A DNA stretch of 64,000 nt from assembly GCF_000143415.4 (NCBI RefSeq), contig NW_003314266.1:3165923-3229922 (forward strand). The letters run 5' to 3'. Numbering within the stretch: position 1 is the first letter of the stretch; every line of letters begins with the position of its first letter. Positions 1-14,400 of the stretch are shown here, piece after piece. A program made the translations under genes and the position numbers. This DNA comes from Selaginella moellendorffii. Taxonomy: Eukaryota; Plantae; Lycopodiophyta. A model generated the notes under the pieces. It had not been told where the DNA came from. It searched no databases and saw only the letters and a program-made list of their open reading frames with translations.

Positions 1-609
1 CGCAATGCTGCTCGTGGCAAAATCTAAGGTAAATCCTTGGCTCTTTGTGAGCTCAATTCCATTGTTTTCTATTGTTTCAGGATTGTGGGGGTAGATTGGA
101 GACGATGCTACTCAAGAAAGAATCTCAGGTAAATCAATCTTGTTTCTCTAATACCTACTCACTCCTTCACAGGGAAGATGCTTATTCTCCACTGCTGCTG
201 TGGTGGCCACAAAATGCCAGTTTCACATACCTTGCACAAATACAAAGTGTCCTGGCCTTTTGCTGATACTCTGCAAAAATTCTAATTGCTCTGCTAACAA
301 TATCATTAAATGGGCAACACATTCTACATTTAATCTTTCTTGGTAAACAAAATTTTCAATTTCTAATTTAAAAGGTTCTTGTCTTTCTAGAGTGCCATCT
401 TGGAAAGGGCTAACTTTCTAGTGTTATCCAAAGTAAGAGAGCAACCTATGATGTTCCTATCGAGGTATGGTAATCTGTTGTTTGAGTTTCTTCAATGTTA
501 TACCGTTGTGTTTCTTAGGTCGTGCTGGAGGAATTACAAGCAGAGGGGATTTTGAACGTTACGGACGATGAAGTGATCGCACTCGGAATGAGTCTTATTT
601 ACTTTGGAG
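1..609 (+). pseudogene. Internal exons of an uncharacterised multi-exon gene, paralog of the gene at 33.3-34.7 kb
   Basis: GT-AG bounded exons at <1-28, 81-128 (DCGGRLETMLLKKESQ), 173-342 (..KCQFHIPC..), 391-464 and 519-609, with 44-54 nt introns. The DCGG...ESQ exon and KCQxHIPC motif match the minus-strand exons at 33668-33576 and ~33530-33470. The frame joining the last two exons has a TAA. Confidence 0.55.
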
Positions 610-1299
610 GTGAGTTTGAAAAAATCTTCTTGTTCTTCTGTACTAAAAACATTGTAATTGTTGTGTAGGAGGCTAGCATGGTCGGGCAAGGTCGGCGGGA
701 TTGGATGACTACTTACAAGTGTTTCACCATCACCCTTTGTAATTGCAGGAAAACTTGGGATTAACTTAAGTGACGGTTTGAGCGTGATTTGTCCAGGCCA
801 GGGAAACTTGATAAAAGTTAGGTATTTCTTCGCCACCTTTGCATTGTCAAATATGAATAATAATGTGTCTACAAGACTATTAGGTTTCGATGGCAATGTG
901 ATATATTGAGTTGTGATTAATTAAGCTGTAAAGAATGCGCTACAGCTAAGCAGTCAAAAACAAGATTGCATGCATTCTCATCTTAATATCTCCTCTTCCT
1001 CCCCCTGCCGCTGCTAAAGAGGCCATGGCCAAGGAGTGCTCCAATGATGCTGTAGTGCTGCCAGAGGTCAGTCTCTTCAATATCTGGGTCCTTGTGACTG
1101 TCGCTGGGAGGAGGGACAATTCCATCAGCTGATACTGAAGAATAGGAACCTTCTGCAGCTCCTTTGTCTTCTCCTCACCACCTTTCGAGTGGGAATGGGT
1201 TAAAAGCTGGTGGGAACACAATCAATTGACTTTTATTCTTGTAACAGGTTCTTGAAAGCACTGAGCACTGTGGTGTAGCTCGGATTGGAGGTTTTGCTA

Positions 1300-3600
1300 G
1301 ACTCCATCTAATAAACTATAGTCCTATTGCATGATCTTTAGAAAGTACTAAAAGAAGTTGGGCTTAGAAAACATTTATAGAATTTGTGTAAAGACACACT
1401 TCAAGATGCCTAGCCAAGTGTATAATATCATCTTAGGTGTCAATTGGTTTCAAGTTGCTGGGGTGTAGTGTAATTTTGAAAGGAATCTCCCATCCTTCTC
1501 TTGTTGCTATTGATTGTGTGTTTGGCATAGTTTGTTAGCTATGCTTGAAGATCTTCCACCTTTACCATTTGGGCCCTTATTGCAGAGTGGGAGTGTGATG
1601 TTGGAGAAGCTCTGCTTTCCAAAACTAATTGGTCCTATTAATTAGACCAAGTCCACTATGCACACTTGCTATAGTATTCCTACTTGAGATGGTCGTCTGA
1701 TCAAAATGGGCATTTACTGGTGATCTCTTAAAGAGAGGGAGCACATGTACAAGTGTGTGAAGGAGATGTTTGACTTGGCAGTCATTTGCAAATCATGCAA
1801 TCCATGAACTGTCAAGCCACATCTTATTCCTAAATCAGATGGGACAAAGTATTTTACAATTCACACTCTGAATGATGTCACGATTGTTGACTTATATCCT
1901 TTGACTTTGATGGATTCTTTAGAGAATAGTCTTTCACCATAATAGACTTGGTGTCAGAGTATTAGCAAATATGGATTTTGCTAATATGGCCTTGGACTTA
2001 GTGTCAGGGCATTAGAAAATAGCAAAGACAACTTTTAAACTTTCAATAGATTTGTATAAGTTCATAGTGATGCCATTTGGTTTAATATAGGCCCTTGCCG
2101 GATGAAATGTTGAAAGGCATTGAAGAGTTTGTATGAGCCAATTTAAACATTTTCTCAAACTTAAACGTCTGAAGTACAAATCTGGGCAAAACTCTCTGAA
2201 GTACTTAGGGTTTATGATCTTGCAAAATAAAATTTTGAAAAATCTGGAGGGTTGATGAAGTTTATGTTCCTTGTAATATTGTAAAGTTGCATCAATTCTT
2301 GGGAAAGGCTACTTATTTGGACTGGTTTGTGCAAGTTTTTCACAAATTGCTTATCCTTTGCACAATTTCTTACAGTAGGATGTGAAGTTTATGTGGTCAC
2401 ACAAATGCCAAAGAGCATTTAAAGAGCTCAAGAAGCTTTTGATTTCTACACTAATTTTGCACCATCTTGATTTTTCTTCTGGATTTATCTTTTGTATGGA
2501 TGCTTATGATGTGGGTCTTAGTGCTGACTTGATGCAAGAAGCTGCTAATGGTTCTAAACAACGCTTTTTCAAAGTTCCATGCTTATCTTTATAGTTTAGA
2601 TATATAGTTATCAGATAAATAAAATTTTTTAGGGTAAGTTGGCTTTTACACACCAAGACTATAAATTCACAAGGATGCATTGTTCAAGATATAAATAGAA
2701 TAGCTGATGTAGATGCTTTATCTCATACACCATTGGTGGTTACTCTTGTGGATGACTTGCTTCCTCCACTTCCAGAAAATATGTTACGTAGTTATGAGCA
2801 AGTAGTAGTTGCTCAAAAGGAGGAACCATGGATCCACTAATTGTAGAATGTTTTAGATGGCAATAAGCCTTGTGATGAGTATAATATTTTAGTGTATGCC
2901 AAATAGTTCAAGGTGGTTGAGTATATATTAGTGTATACTGGTGATAGTGCTGAATATCAATACTCATGGTTACACTTCTTCCATGGTTGACCTTGGGGTA
3001 TTACAAAGTTTTGAAAAAACTATGAAATCAACTATATTGACCTCAAATGTATCAAGATGTCTCTAAGTAAATCAAAACTTGTGGGAAGTGTCAGTGTTTC
3101 AACATCTCCATGGTGTTGTCAATTGGTGATGGGGCATTTTTAGAGTATTAGTACATCATTATTGTGGCTTATTACATCAGTGGATTGGAGTATATACCTT
3201 GCCAAATGTGACAACCATGTAGATTGTGCAATTCCTTATACAGATATTGGTTTTGCAGCATGGTATTCCCAAGCATATTCTTTTGGGTCAATGTTCTAGT
3301 TAGGCCTTTGAAGAATATTGACGTAGTGGCTCAATATTAAGCTATCTTTTGCATTTATTTATCATCTTGAGGTAGATGGCTTAGTTGAATTATTGAATGG
3401 TTGAATATGACATTCAAAAGCACAATTATGAAGTATGTGGACCCACAACATTCCAATTGGGAGTGGTGGTTGGTATATTTGCAATTCATTTATCTGCTAA
3501 TGCCCATCTCTTTATTCCATGTATTATTTGGGTGAGAACCTATCTTGCCTCCTCACTAGTAGCTGATCTGCTGTGTTTTTACATAGATTTAGACTAAAAA
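1300..3600 (+). mobile_element. Highly decayed Ty3/gypsy pol relic (RT-RNase H-integrase)
   Basis: MPFGL remnant near 2070; ORF 2382-2594 (KCQRAFKELKKLLISTLILHHLDF..CMDAYDVGLSADLMQE, RT connection/RNase H); integrase-like remnant near 3360. Many stops. Boundaries approximate. Confidence 0.75.
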
Positions 3601-3759
3601 ACATAGCTACTAGTGATCTAAAATAAAACATAATGTTTCATTTGCTTATTTATTGAGGATGATAGGTTGTAGTAAACTACAATTCAGTACTAAGAAACTA
3701 GAATGATATGCCCCAAAACTTCCTTATAAACTTCAAATCCTTATCCAAGATCATCTCTT

Positions 3760-4470
3760 TAGGAAGTTTATGAGCCTAGACTACTCCATGGAAAAAGAGC
3801 TTTCCCATTTTTTTAGCATTTATTTTTTCCATTGTTAAAATAAAGTATGCAATTTTTGAAAACCAATCCACAACCACCATCAAAGTGTCATAACCTTTAA
3901 ACTTTGGCAAACAAGGATAAAATCAAGTGTTATACTTTGAAATGATCATGTCGGTGCTAGAATGCATTGCAACTTCCCAACTTGTTTCTTAGTCCTTTGC
4001 TTACACAGTTGGTAGGTAAGGCAAGAATGGACATAATTTGCTACATCATTTTGCATACCAAACTAGAAAAATCCTTTTTTCAATGAGGCAAGAGTCTATT
4101 GTTTACCACCATGTCTATAGTTTCACTTTAACACAAATTCTCATGACCCAATAATATGCTTAAGCATCTTGCTTATAGTAAATAAGCCCATCCTTAATTA
4201 AGAAGTGATGCTTTGCATTGACACGAATAGCAACTTTCACCACTCACTTTCAGCAGCTTTCACCATTTATGGAGTAGAACACAATAGAATAACCACGTTG
4301 CCTTAATGTAACACCAGGCACATTATCACAATCCTATTGTAATAGAGTATATATAGCATAACTAAATGCATCACAATACACTTTGAAGGGTTTATCAAGA
4401 TTTGGGATCCTTGAAATATAAACTGCAGTCACGATCTCCTTCAATTGTACAAAAGCACGCTGACATGGTG
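3760..4470 (-). mobile_element. Decayed Ty3/gypsy RNase H/integrase fragment
   Basis: Minus strand reads IPNLDKPFKVYCDA (start of gypsy RNase H) near 4410-4367. The segment 4128-4167 also resembles the internal region of the LTR family at 35-52 kb. Confidence 0.6.
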
Positions 4471-5232
4471 GTGTGATATCATAAAATATTGGTGTAGGAA
4501 AGGTGGCAGATTGTTAAATACATATGTTACACGAGGAAATATTTTTAAATAGTGGTAGAAATCTTTGTGAGGTTAGAGTGTATGTTTAAATGTAAGAGTT
4601 ATATAGCAAATCATTTTATAAAGATGGTGGAAGATAAGGTTTGTGATAGGTGGATGGGTAATATGACAAATATAAGATATAGAAAGGAAAGAATAATCAT
4701 GAAGGGATTTGGTTTGACTAGTTTTTTACTTTGATTTCAAATATTAGAAGAAAAGATGGTGTTAGAATAGTAAAGTGGTAATGGTAGTGGTATAATGGTA
4801 ATAGTTTTGTATATATATACCTTATATATACATATATATTGCCTTTAAATATGGCATTTTTGGCTGAAAATTTTTCCTATCACAACTACACTAAGGAATT
4901 TCATCCAAATGGTTAACTACTACAAAAGATTGATTCTCCACTTTGCTACAATGGTAGGACACTTGGTGAATCTCTTGAAAATGGGAGAACCTTACATTTG
5001 GATAGAGGAACATGATGTTAGTGACTAAGAAAAAATCTTTTGAATGAACTACTTAAGGAATCTTCAATCCAAGGAGGAATCACTTGATTGCAGAGCCCTT
5101 TCCTATTGACTTGGTGCCTAACAATCCTCCCCTTGAAAGAGAATGATCATTTGGTCACCATGGTCCTCTTAGGGTCTACCAACTAGATATATAATATTAA
5201 ATATTCTTTTAAAATATTCTGACCCCACTTAG

Positions 5233-5958
5233 TGTAGCGCATGTGATCATGGGATGAGATTTGGATATACTGTCACCGTGGATCCTTGGAACCTTGGGGG
5301 ATAAATGGGGATAAAATAGCCATTAAGAGCTCTCTCATCAAGCAATTGCCCCTTTTTCAGTTGGCTTAAGGGGAGAGAGATAAGGTGCGCTACAGTTGGT
5401 ATCGGAGTAAATGGCACGAGTTCGATTCCCATTGATTAGTGGCTACTTAAAAATATAATATACCCTTGAGCAAGGTATATTTCTACCCCTAAATTTGAAA
5501 TCGTACGTATTAGACATCCATGCGTACGTCCTTCCTCTTGTGTGGAGTATCCACAGACGAAGGTATCCACCATGGGACTGCGGTATGGATAGATGACTAG
5601 TTGCCTTACATGGGACTGCGGTATGGATGGATGACTAGTTGCCTCACATGGAATAGCTAACATGGAATAGCTAGTCTACACAATGGAAGGATTGGTAGAT
5701 TGAATGCGGAAATGGAGGTGCTGGTTCCCCTTGGCTCAGTAGGGGTTGCTAGTCAATAGTCAATGAGGACATTGACATCTCTGAAGGGGGGGTGAGTGTA
5801 GCGCATGTGATCATGGGATGAGATTTGGATATACTGTTACCATAAATCCTTGGAACTTTAGGGGATAAATGGGGATAAAATAGCCACTAAAGGCTCTCTC
5901 ATCAAGCAATTGCCCCTTTTCCAGTTGGCTTAAGGGGAGAGAGATAAGATGCGCTACA
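5233..5958 (+). mobile_element. Complete TRIM (terminal-repeat retrotransposon in miniature), 726 bp
   Basis: 162-bp LTRs at 5233-5394 and 5797-5958 with TGTAGCGCA...TGCGCTACA termini; PBS TGGTATCGGAG (tRNA-iMet type) at 5397-5407; polypurine tract GAAGGGGGGGTGAG before the 3' LTR; perfect 5-bp TSD CTTAG (5228-5232 and 5959-5963); non-coding interior with 38-bp and 14-bp tandem duplications. Confidence 0.95.
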
Positions 5959-6039
5959 CTTAGCCATGAGAATTGAACTAGGCTTCAATATGAATGTTAG
6001 TATCTTATCCTTTACACCCTAACCCAATTACCAAGAGTA

Positions 6040-8470
6040 TAACAATCCTCCCCCCAACCAAAGTCCTTGTCTGCAAGGACTACTTGGTGATCGATCATAC
6101 TTCTTGGAGCTTTGGCTCTATCCCTTTTTCCTCAGCCAGAAACATCTAAGAGGAATCTACTTGAGATTCATTCCTTGTCAGAACACCTTTCAATTGGTTG
6201 ACATATAAAACTGGGTGTACTTTCACCCCACTTTGCAACTTCACTCAATAAGCCATTTTACTGATACATTCTAATACTTCATAAGGACCTAAGTACCTAG
6301 GAGATAGCTTATCATTTCTCCCATCTCTTAAGGACACAATGGTTGTACAACTTTGTGATATTGGAAATCAAGTCATCAACCTTGAACTCTTTAAAAGTTT
6401 GATGCTTGTCAGCATACCTCTTAGCTTGGTTTTAAGCTGTTTGCAAATTCCTCTTGCATACATTTAGAATTTCATTCAATTCTACAGATAAACTCTTTGC
6501 CTCATCATCCATCTTAGATCCTTGAGATCCAAGTAAACTAAGCTCAAAAGTTGTCCTTGGATGACGGCCATGCATTATAAAATAAAGTGTCATGTTGGTG
6601 CTGCTATGCTGGCTATTGTTATAGGTAAACTTCACAAGGAATAAAATTTTATCCCACTGTTCTTGTTGCCTATACATAGTGCATCTTAGCATCTCCTCAA
6701 CCACTTAATTGACTTGCTTAGTTTGTCCATCTGTTTGAGGATGATCCCCACTACTTAGCTTGATGCCAATTTTTATGAGCTTCACAAAGCTTAACCAAAA
6801 TTCACTTATGAAATTTGAGTCCCTATCACTCATAATCTCCATTGGCAAACCAAACTGAGAAAAGACATGCTTAAGGTATACTATAGCCAAGTCCACACTC
6901 TTTGCTGCCTTCTTTAGAGAAATTGACCTTACAAACTTGGTCAAGTTATCCACAATGACCCAATTTCATCCAATTCTATGGATAAACTCTTTGCTTCACC
7001 ATCTTAGATCCTTGAGATCCAAGTAAACTAAGCTTAAAAGCTATCCTTGGATAAGAGCCATGCATCCCAAATAAAGTGTCATCTTGGTGTTGTTATGCTA
7101 GCTGTGGTTGGGTAGTTTTTGTGCTGAGCTCAAGTCAATAAAAGTCAACAAAAGTAAAAGGAAGTCAATACAATCCCCTAACTAGCAAAACTTTAATAGC
7201 ACTACCTTAGTTCATCCCAAACCAAGAAGTTTTTACATAAAATTTAGGTGTTTAAGGTATTCCATAAGCTTATATAGATTATTGGTTCGACACTAACTAA
7301 TCTTTTAGCCTACAAAGAAAGAAAATAATCTATTAAACAACATAATTAATATTAAAATCAGAATATATTTAGTCTTCTCTTACTTCCATATCCAGAAAGC
7401 AAAAATGGGTATAGTGGAATGCTCCTTCACTATAGGCTCATGTTGCATATAATGTTGTGCCATATCTTTAGCATAAACAAGTAAGTGAAATTGACTTCAG
7501 TCCATATGATTATCTATATCATCAGGATCAAGCATGTAGATTGAAACACTAACATCACCTATTGCAAAATCTCCCAAGAATATCCTCAAGTGCAAAATCT
7601 CCCAAGAATATCTCAAGTGCAAAAACAGCTCAACTTGTCTCATTTGCTACCTACACCATTGACCTAAATCCTACTGTAGCATCAAGCATAATCCCCTTTA
7701 GCAGACAGAATAACTCTAACAAAATCTACACGGTTGTGACCGAATAGTGTTGATAACCGGGGAACTCTAGATGAAGTCTAAGTCAATCATATTTGGGAGC
7801 TGTTATATCTTGGTAAAGCAAGAGCAACACACTTGTCAGCTTGTGTAGCCTTATGCTAGTTCCCAACGTGGCATAGAGCATGGTAGTTCCATGAATAAAC
7901 TTAGAAATAAAAAATATAATAGAGTTAATTTGTAAATAAAGAAGGCACACATCTTTTGCTTTTGCCTACTAGTGCCTTTTGTGTCCATTGCCATACTTGA
8001 AAGAAGGCAGCCAAATGAAAACTCAACAAATCCATCATTGTTTTCAGCCAAGTGTGTGAGAAGGCCTTCCCACATTAGAGAGCAAGGAAGGATCATGACA
8101 ACCACACCCTCATTTGTCATGAAGGCCCAATCTTCATTGGTAAACTAAACTGAGGAAAGAAATGCTTAAGGTATACTATAGCCAAGTCCACACTCTTTGC
8201 CACCTTCAAAGGAATCAACTTTACAAACTTGGTCAAGTGATCCACAATAACCCAAGCTTGTTTATTTTGCCTCTGTATTCTTGGCAAATGCATAATAAAA
8301 ACCATGGATATGCTCATCCATCTATCCTCTAGGATAGGTAATAGCACCAAAATCCCTATTGGCTTTTCCTTTGGCACCTTCACTTGCTAACAATTTTTAT
8401 ATGTCTTATAGTTCTCGAGAATACCATTTTTCATATTCTTCCAAAGAACCTGTGCTTAATTAACTCGTAA
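6040..8470 (-). mobile_element. Ty3/gypsy integrase fragments (6040-7105 and 8117-8470), same family as 19.6-22.2 kb
   Basis: ORFs 8117-8383, 6705-6953 (SDRDSNF...HPQTDGQTKQVN) and 6432-6704; VHPVLYVNQLK motif near 6200-6222; PPT-like GGTTGGGGGGAGGA near 6047-6058. About 1 kb of unrelated sequence lies between the fragments. Confidence 0.85.
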
Positions 8471-11400
8471 GTCATGTAAAAGGATTTTCTTCTCCAGTTA
8501 GATCAGGTCATCTTTGTAGCAGGAATTTGTGCTTCTCCAGGCTTTGTTTTGGATGCCGTTTATTTCTAGAGGTGCTTTTGGTTCTAGGCTTTCCAAAAAT
8601 ATCTACAGTGCCTCAATATCAATCTACATCAGTGACATGCACATGTTTTTCCACAATATTGATGTTCTGGGTTACCTCTTCTTGGATTTTGAGGAATACT
8701 AAGGCAGCTTCTTCACAAATTCTTGTGATAGAGGGTAGACGGGGCTGAGCCCTTTCCAACGAGCCCACCAACAGCCAAAATGGGGAAGGATCAAGACCAA
8801 AGGACTCATTTTTCTCTTTTGGGCTAAACTTTGTTGGGAGTTCCTTGGGAACGAAGCAATCTTCAAGGAGCAGGAGTAGGCATAAGAACAAGAACAGGAG
8901 TAGGAGCAGGCGCAGAGGTAGGAGTTGGTGCTAGAGTAGGCGCAGAAGTAGGAGTGAGAGCAAGGGGTTATAAGTCCCTAGTTACTAATACTAGTTACTA
9001 GTTACTGGTTACCAGCTACTGCAAGAGGTCAGCAATTGCTCTATAGGTCAACAGTTATATGTGCTTGAGGCCTACATCTCCTTCCATTTTCACCCTTATT
9101 TCTCTTCGTCACAGGCATTTTGGGCAACTTTGAGCAACTTGAGCACAAGTCTACAATCTTCTTGAGTTGCCTTGATTGGGCATTTGCAGTGTTTAGGGTA
9201 TTTGATGCTGGTACAAACTAGACGTGCGATAAATTGGCACCCTTTTACCATACCTCAAGGCCTTAAGGTACAGAGTAAGCTTTCTAACATCCAAAGGTAG
9301 CTTAGGTATGACACAACACCTTCTTAGGTCGAGTCCTCTTCATCCTCGGTAGATTCCAGTGACTTAGATCTACGAGCTATGGTGCAGCCACCTTTAGCTC
9401 GACCTCAGCTCCATGTTTTGCAGAAGGGGAGTGATCTCCCGACCTTCTCAAATGTTAGAACATTCTCCCCAACATCACATATTAATCACTTTGATTACTA
9501 CTACACCATAAACATGATTGTCAACGATGATCATATGTGCCGTGACTTCTTGCAGTCTCTCAAAAGCAAAGTAGCAACTTGGGTAGATTCTCTCCTTCCA
9601 GAGAACTAGACAGACTTCCAGACACTACTTGCTTTTTTCAGAAAACATTTCATTGAAGAAAAACCCACAAATCAGCTACTCGTTGACCTCTTTTCATTCT
9701 GCTCATGAGTTTGTTCCTGACTACATCACTAAGTTTTGAGCATACTAGAAGTAGTGTTGGGATCGCAGAGTGGTCCAAGATGAGCAACAAGGGATCACGG
9801 CATTCACAGCGGGTCTATGTGGGAACTTCCAGTGGAAACTTCTTAAGAAGACATTCAGGTCTTGCCATGAGGCATTTTTCGTTTGCCACGAAGCTGCTTC
9901 TTGTCGACTTAGGGATTGCTAGAGTTGATTTCAACCAAGCCATCACCCCGTCAGAGTTACCTTGTGCAATTGTTTGCCCATCCACACCAAAGCCTGTTGC
10001 AATTGAGCATACACCTCCGGCTATTGAGAACTTTGCCAACAAGATGCGGCAGTTGAAGGAGATCATTCTTCAGCAACAATCACACCATGACAAGCTGCTC
10101 CAGAAGTTGGTCGAGTCCAGGAAAGAGGCTGTTGCAGCTCAGGAACGCAGATTTAAGTCCCATTGGTGCACTCACTGTGAGACAAACACACATAACACAC
10201 AGTGCTGCTTCAAGCTTTACCCAGAGCTTCAGCCTCCACCTTCTCAATATGTCCAACAACATCCCTTCACTGACAATTCCACATCGTCTCGGGGTCCAGA
10301 GACATATCAGGAGTAGTTGGAGCAACAAGCAATTGAGGCAGCCCCTTTGTCAAGCAAAGGCAAGGCACCAGCCTCATTGGTCAACATGATTTTGGTAACC
10401 AAGGAATTCTATAGACAACAATAGCAAACGATAGCCACTCGAGCCCAAGCGAAGAAGAAGGCAGCCGCTCATTCTGGCATCGATCCCCCGGCATCGGTTG
10501 AGAATGAATCTCTGTCGGCACCAAATCCAATGACACAAAGGGTGGCTTGTAAACTCCCCTTCAAGTCACTACTCTCTTCTCCTCCTGAGATCTCACCAAC
10601 AGCCATTCCTGCTCCGAAGCCAGTTCTCCAATAGCTGGTTGACATTCCCATCACCTTTTCGCTCCATGACATGTTGTGCCTTGTCCCAAGATTTGACCAG
10701 CATTTAGAGGAGCTTGCACAGTTAGGAACACTAGAGAGCACTCTAAAGAGGACTCCTTAAGATGTGCACATTGTTGACATGACAAGATATGGTGGAGATC
10801 CTAGTCCATTCTTCATCTCGGTGCAGATTGGTACTTCCTCTTGCAAGATGGATGCTTCAGTTGACTTCGGTTCTGGAAGCAACATCATCTCTCTCGAAGC
10901 TGTCCTTTCAGCACAGTTACAGATCACTAAGATCTCCCCCATCATGCTCAAGAGCTTCGCCAACCACACTATTCCTCTAGCGGGCATTTTTTGTGGTGTC
11001 AAGGTCTCAATGAAGGGTGTTATTTCTGAGGTAGATTTCCTCATGGTTGACTACCAACATCTTGGAATGTCCTCCTTGAAAGACTCTATCATCCTTGGCC
11101 ACTCATGGCAAGTCACAGTCCATTGCACCATTGATAGTGTGCAAGGCAAGATGGAAATTAGTGATGGACCCATAGCGCCACCTTTCTTAACAACCATGAT
11201 AGAGCTCTTTCTCAGCAAGCCCAGAAGGCTTAGACTAAAGTGGTCTCCACACCATACTTTCCTCCTGAGCTCACAGAGGTTTTTCCCGAGTTTGCGGTGG
11301 AATCGACCATCTATATGACAGATGCTTTCTCATGCAATGCAATCGACATTGCTGGAGGTGAGTCAGATAGCTCGAGAAATATCTCAGCCTCACTCTCTTT

Positions 11401-14400
11401 ATGTAAGAGTAAGGCCAAGACTCTAGCCACGCCCTCTTTATTTGATGGCGGGGCTTATAGGGTCCCATATCTAGCTTTTCGGAGTATTTCTTAGTAGAGG
11501 AAGGGCTTCTTGATTCATTTCTTACATGGGACCAACTCTCTTATGGAGCTTGATGACATAGTCACTCTAGACCAGGTCCATCTTTCACAGGACACAGCCG
11601 AACTCAATCCTCCTCAGCAACTATCTGAGGTGTCACACAGCTAGCATCTTCCTACTAAACTCACGGTAACTGATGACTCTGAGTGTGTTTTGTCATGCCG
11701 TTTTTGGAGATGAAGGATGACATCCAGACACACAACTGGCAGAAAGAATCAAGCCAATCGAACATACTGCATGCGAGTTATAGCTCTTTGAGTTCAGAAT
11801 TTCCTACCGTGGAGCTCCCGGTACAGATCCAAGTGTATTACATTGAAACTTAAGCACCAGACTTGGACTCGACTTCAGTGGAGGATCTTCCTTCACTTGC
11901 AGAGTACTTGGCTACAGTCCTAGCATCGGACATTGAGCGCTCAGAGCATCAGAAGCAAAGAGAACAACAGACAAAGACTCTGGATCCAATAGCAACGTTC
12001 TTGCCCGACTTGCCAAAGACAGTCTTGCCGGATGTGGTGTCCCCAGCATCTTTATTTGAAGAAGAGAACACTCCTATGATTACAGCTTATTTTGATGGTG
12101 CTTTCTGCCCCAAAAACCAGGTTGCCGGCATTGGAGTTTGGATGATTGATTCTGTGGAGAACAAAGTAGTCAACCTCTCTATCACTTTGCCAGAAATATC
12201 AGCTAATGAAGTAGAGTACTTGGCAGCTATCAGTGCCATGAAGTTGGCCACAGATTTCAAGTTTAAACGAGTCACTTTCATTGGAGATGCACAACTCATC
12301 ATACGCCAACTTACTGGAGAATACCAAGTCCGCAAAGAGAACCTGAAAGAGCTATGGTAGCAGGCAGTCAACCTAAAGGATGAGTTCTCTCAAGTGACTT
12401 TTCAAAGTGTCCCTCGTGAAGAAAATTTTTGGGTGGATAGGTTATCACATCAAGCAATCACCATGATGCGAGAGGCAAAAGGCACTCCCTTCTCTTTGGT
12501 TTCCAAAATCAGGGAGGAATCTAAGATAGATGAGCCCCCTGAGCCCAAGGTTTCTCCAGACTCTAGGGTTCATGCTATTTTCCTAGGTGATGACAAGGAC
12601 CTGGTCTTTATTGCCACATCGCTTGCTTCAACAAACGCAGTAAAGCTGCTAGATCTCCTTCCCTGTTTCAAGGACATGTTTGCTTGGGACTATAGCAAGC
12701 TTCTAGGAGTTCTCATGGACACAATTATGCACAGTATGGTGCTTTCAGATTCAACCAAACTAGTCTGTCAAAAGATGCGGCATTTCAGCCCGATAGCTCA
12801 CTCAGAGATGAAGTTGGAGATCAAGCGACTTCTAGCAGCTGGGTTTATTTACCCTTTGGAGAGCTGAGAGTGGGTGGCCAATCTTGTCCTTGCACACAAG
12901 GCAAATGGAAAACTCCACCTCTGCATTGACTTTCAAGACTTGAACAAGGCAATTGCGAAAGATCACTTTCCAACTCCATTTATTGATGCGATTGTGGATG
13001 AAATGGCTAGACACCGTTACTACTCTTTCATGGATGGCTTTTCAGAGTACATCCAGATCTTCATTTTTCCCGATCATCGAGATCTTATGGCCTTCCAGAC
13101 ACCTTGGTGTGTCTTCGCTTTCAACGTCCTCCCGCTTGGCTTGTGTAATGCCTGAGCTACTATTTAGCACTTTATGACACACGCCTTTCACAACTTGATT
13201 GGAGGTGCCTTGAGGGTGTATATGGATGATCTATGCATGACCTCTGACTCCTTCGAGAACCACCTTGTGCACTTGGAGTAGATCTTCACTCACTACTGAC
13301 AACACAAGTTTTCATTGAACCCAGCAAAGTGTAAATTCAGGGTGACTTAAGGCCAATTGCTAGGCTTTGATATCTCACAGGATGGGATCATGCCCCAGAT
13401 AGCCAAGGCTCAAGAGATTATGGATTGGAACCCACCAACCAATGTGAAGTAGCTTTGCAACTTCCTTGGGCAAACGGGTTTCTTTCGCCATTTCCTCCAC
13501 AACTATGCTGCACGTTCACGGCCTCTGATAACTCTGCTACAACACAACATTCCATTTTTCTGGGGTGAGTCCCAGTAACAAGCCTTTGAATCACTAAAGT
13601 AGTCACTCCACGCGGCACCAGTACTCTAGCCACTAGAACAACAACTTCCTTTCGAAATTTACATCACGACGATTACAAAGGCTTTTGGAGTATGCCTTTG
13701 CCAATGTTCACAGCCTGGCAAGCCACCACATGCAACATACTATGCCTCACATTTGTTCAAGGAGACTGAGAAGAAGTACGTGGATGCGGAAAAAGAAGTA
13801 GTGGCTGTTGTTGATTTCGTCACTTTCTCGTTGGAGCCTGTATCTATTTCCATGTCTATTTTAATATGCTGACCTTTCTTTTACAACAACCAGTTCACAG
13901 TCCTCATACTTTATCTTGGATTGTGACCATCCAAGAGTTCCAGCCAACATTTCACATGCGCAGAAGCATGTGATGGATCCGAGCGAGTTCCTGGTTGCTA
14001 AAGCTACTTCCTTTGTGGTCCCAGTAGCATTACAAGACATTGCAATGTACCTGGATTCAAGTCAGTTCCCAGCAGATTCCTCACCAGTGCCACAAAAGGC
14101 ATTGGAGTTCCAAGCATGGGAGTTTTGCCTTCTTGATGGACACCTTTATAGGAGGACTTCTCAGGATGTTTTGTTGGGGTGTGTAGGTGAACATGAGGTC
14201 CCTAAGCTCCTTCATGCTTTCCACTCTTGTGCGGGGCATTTCTTGGGACGGGTCACAACACAACTCCTCTTGTGCCATGGCTACTTTTGGCCTCGGATTC
14301 ACCAGAACAACTTGGCCTATGCAAAGGCATGTGAGTAGTGCCAACGGTTCAACCCTTGGAGCCATGTTCCACGTCTTCCTTTCCAGCTCATCACTTCTCT

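Noticed and set aside
534-1221. Minus-strand ORFs 534-896 and 946-1221
   Set aside because: No motifs. The first is antisense to plausible plus-strand exons.
5233-5958. Cassandra (5S-bearing) TRIM
   Set aside because: No 5S rRNA A/C-box similarity seen in the LTRs.
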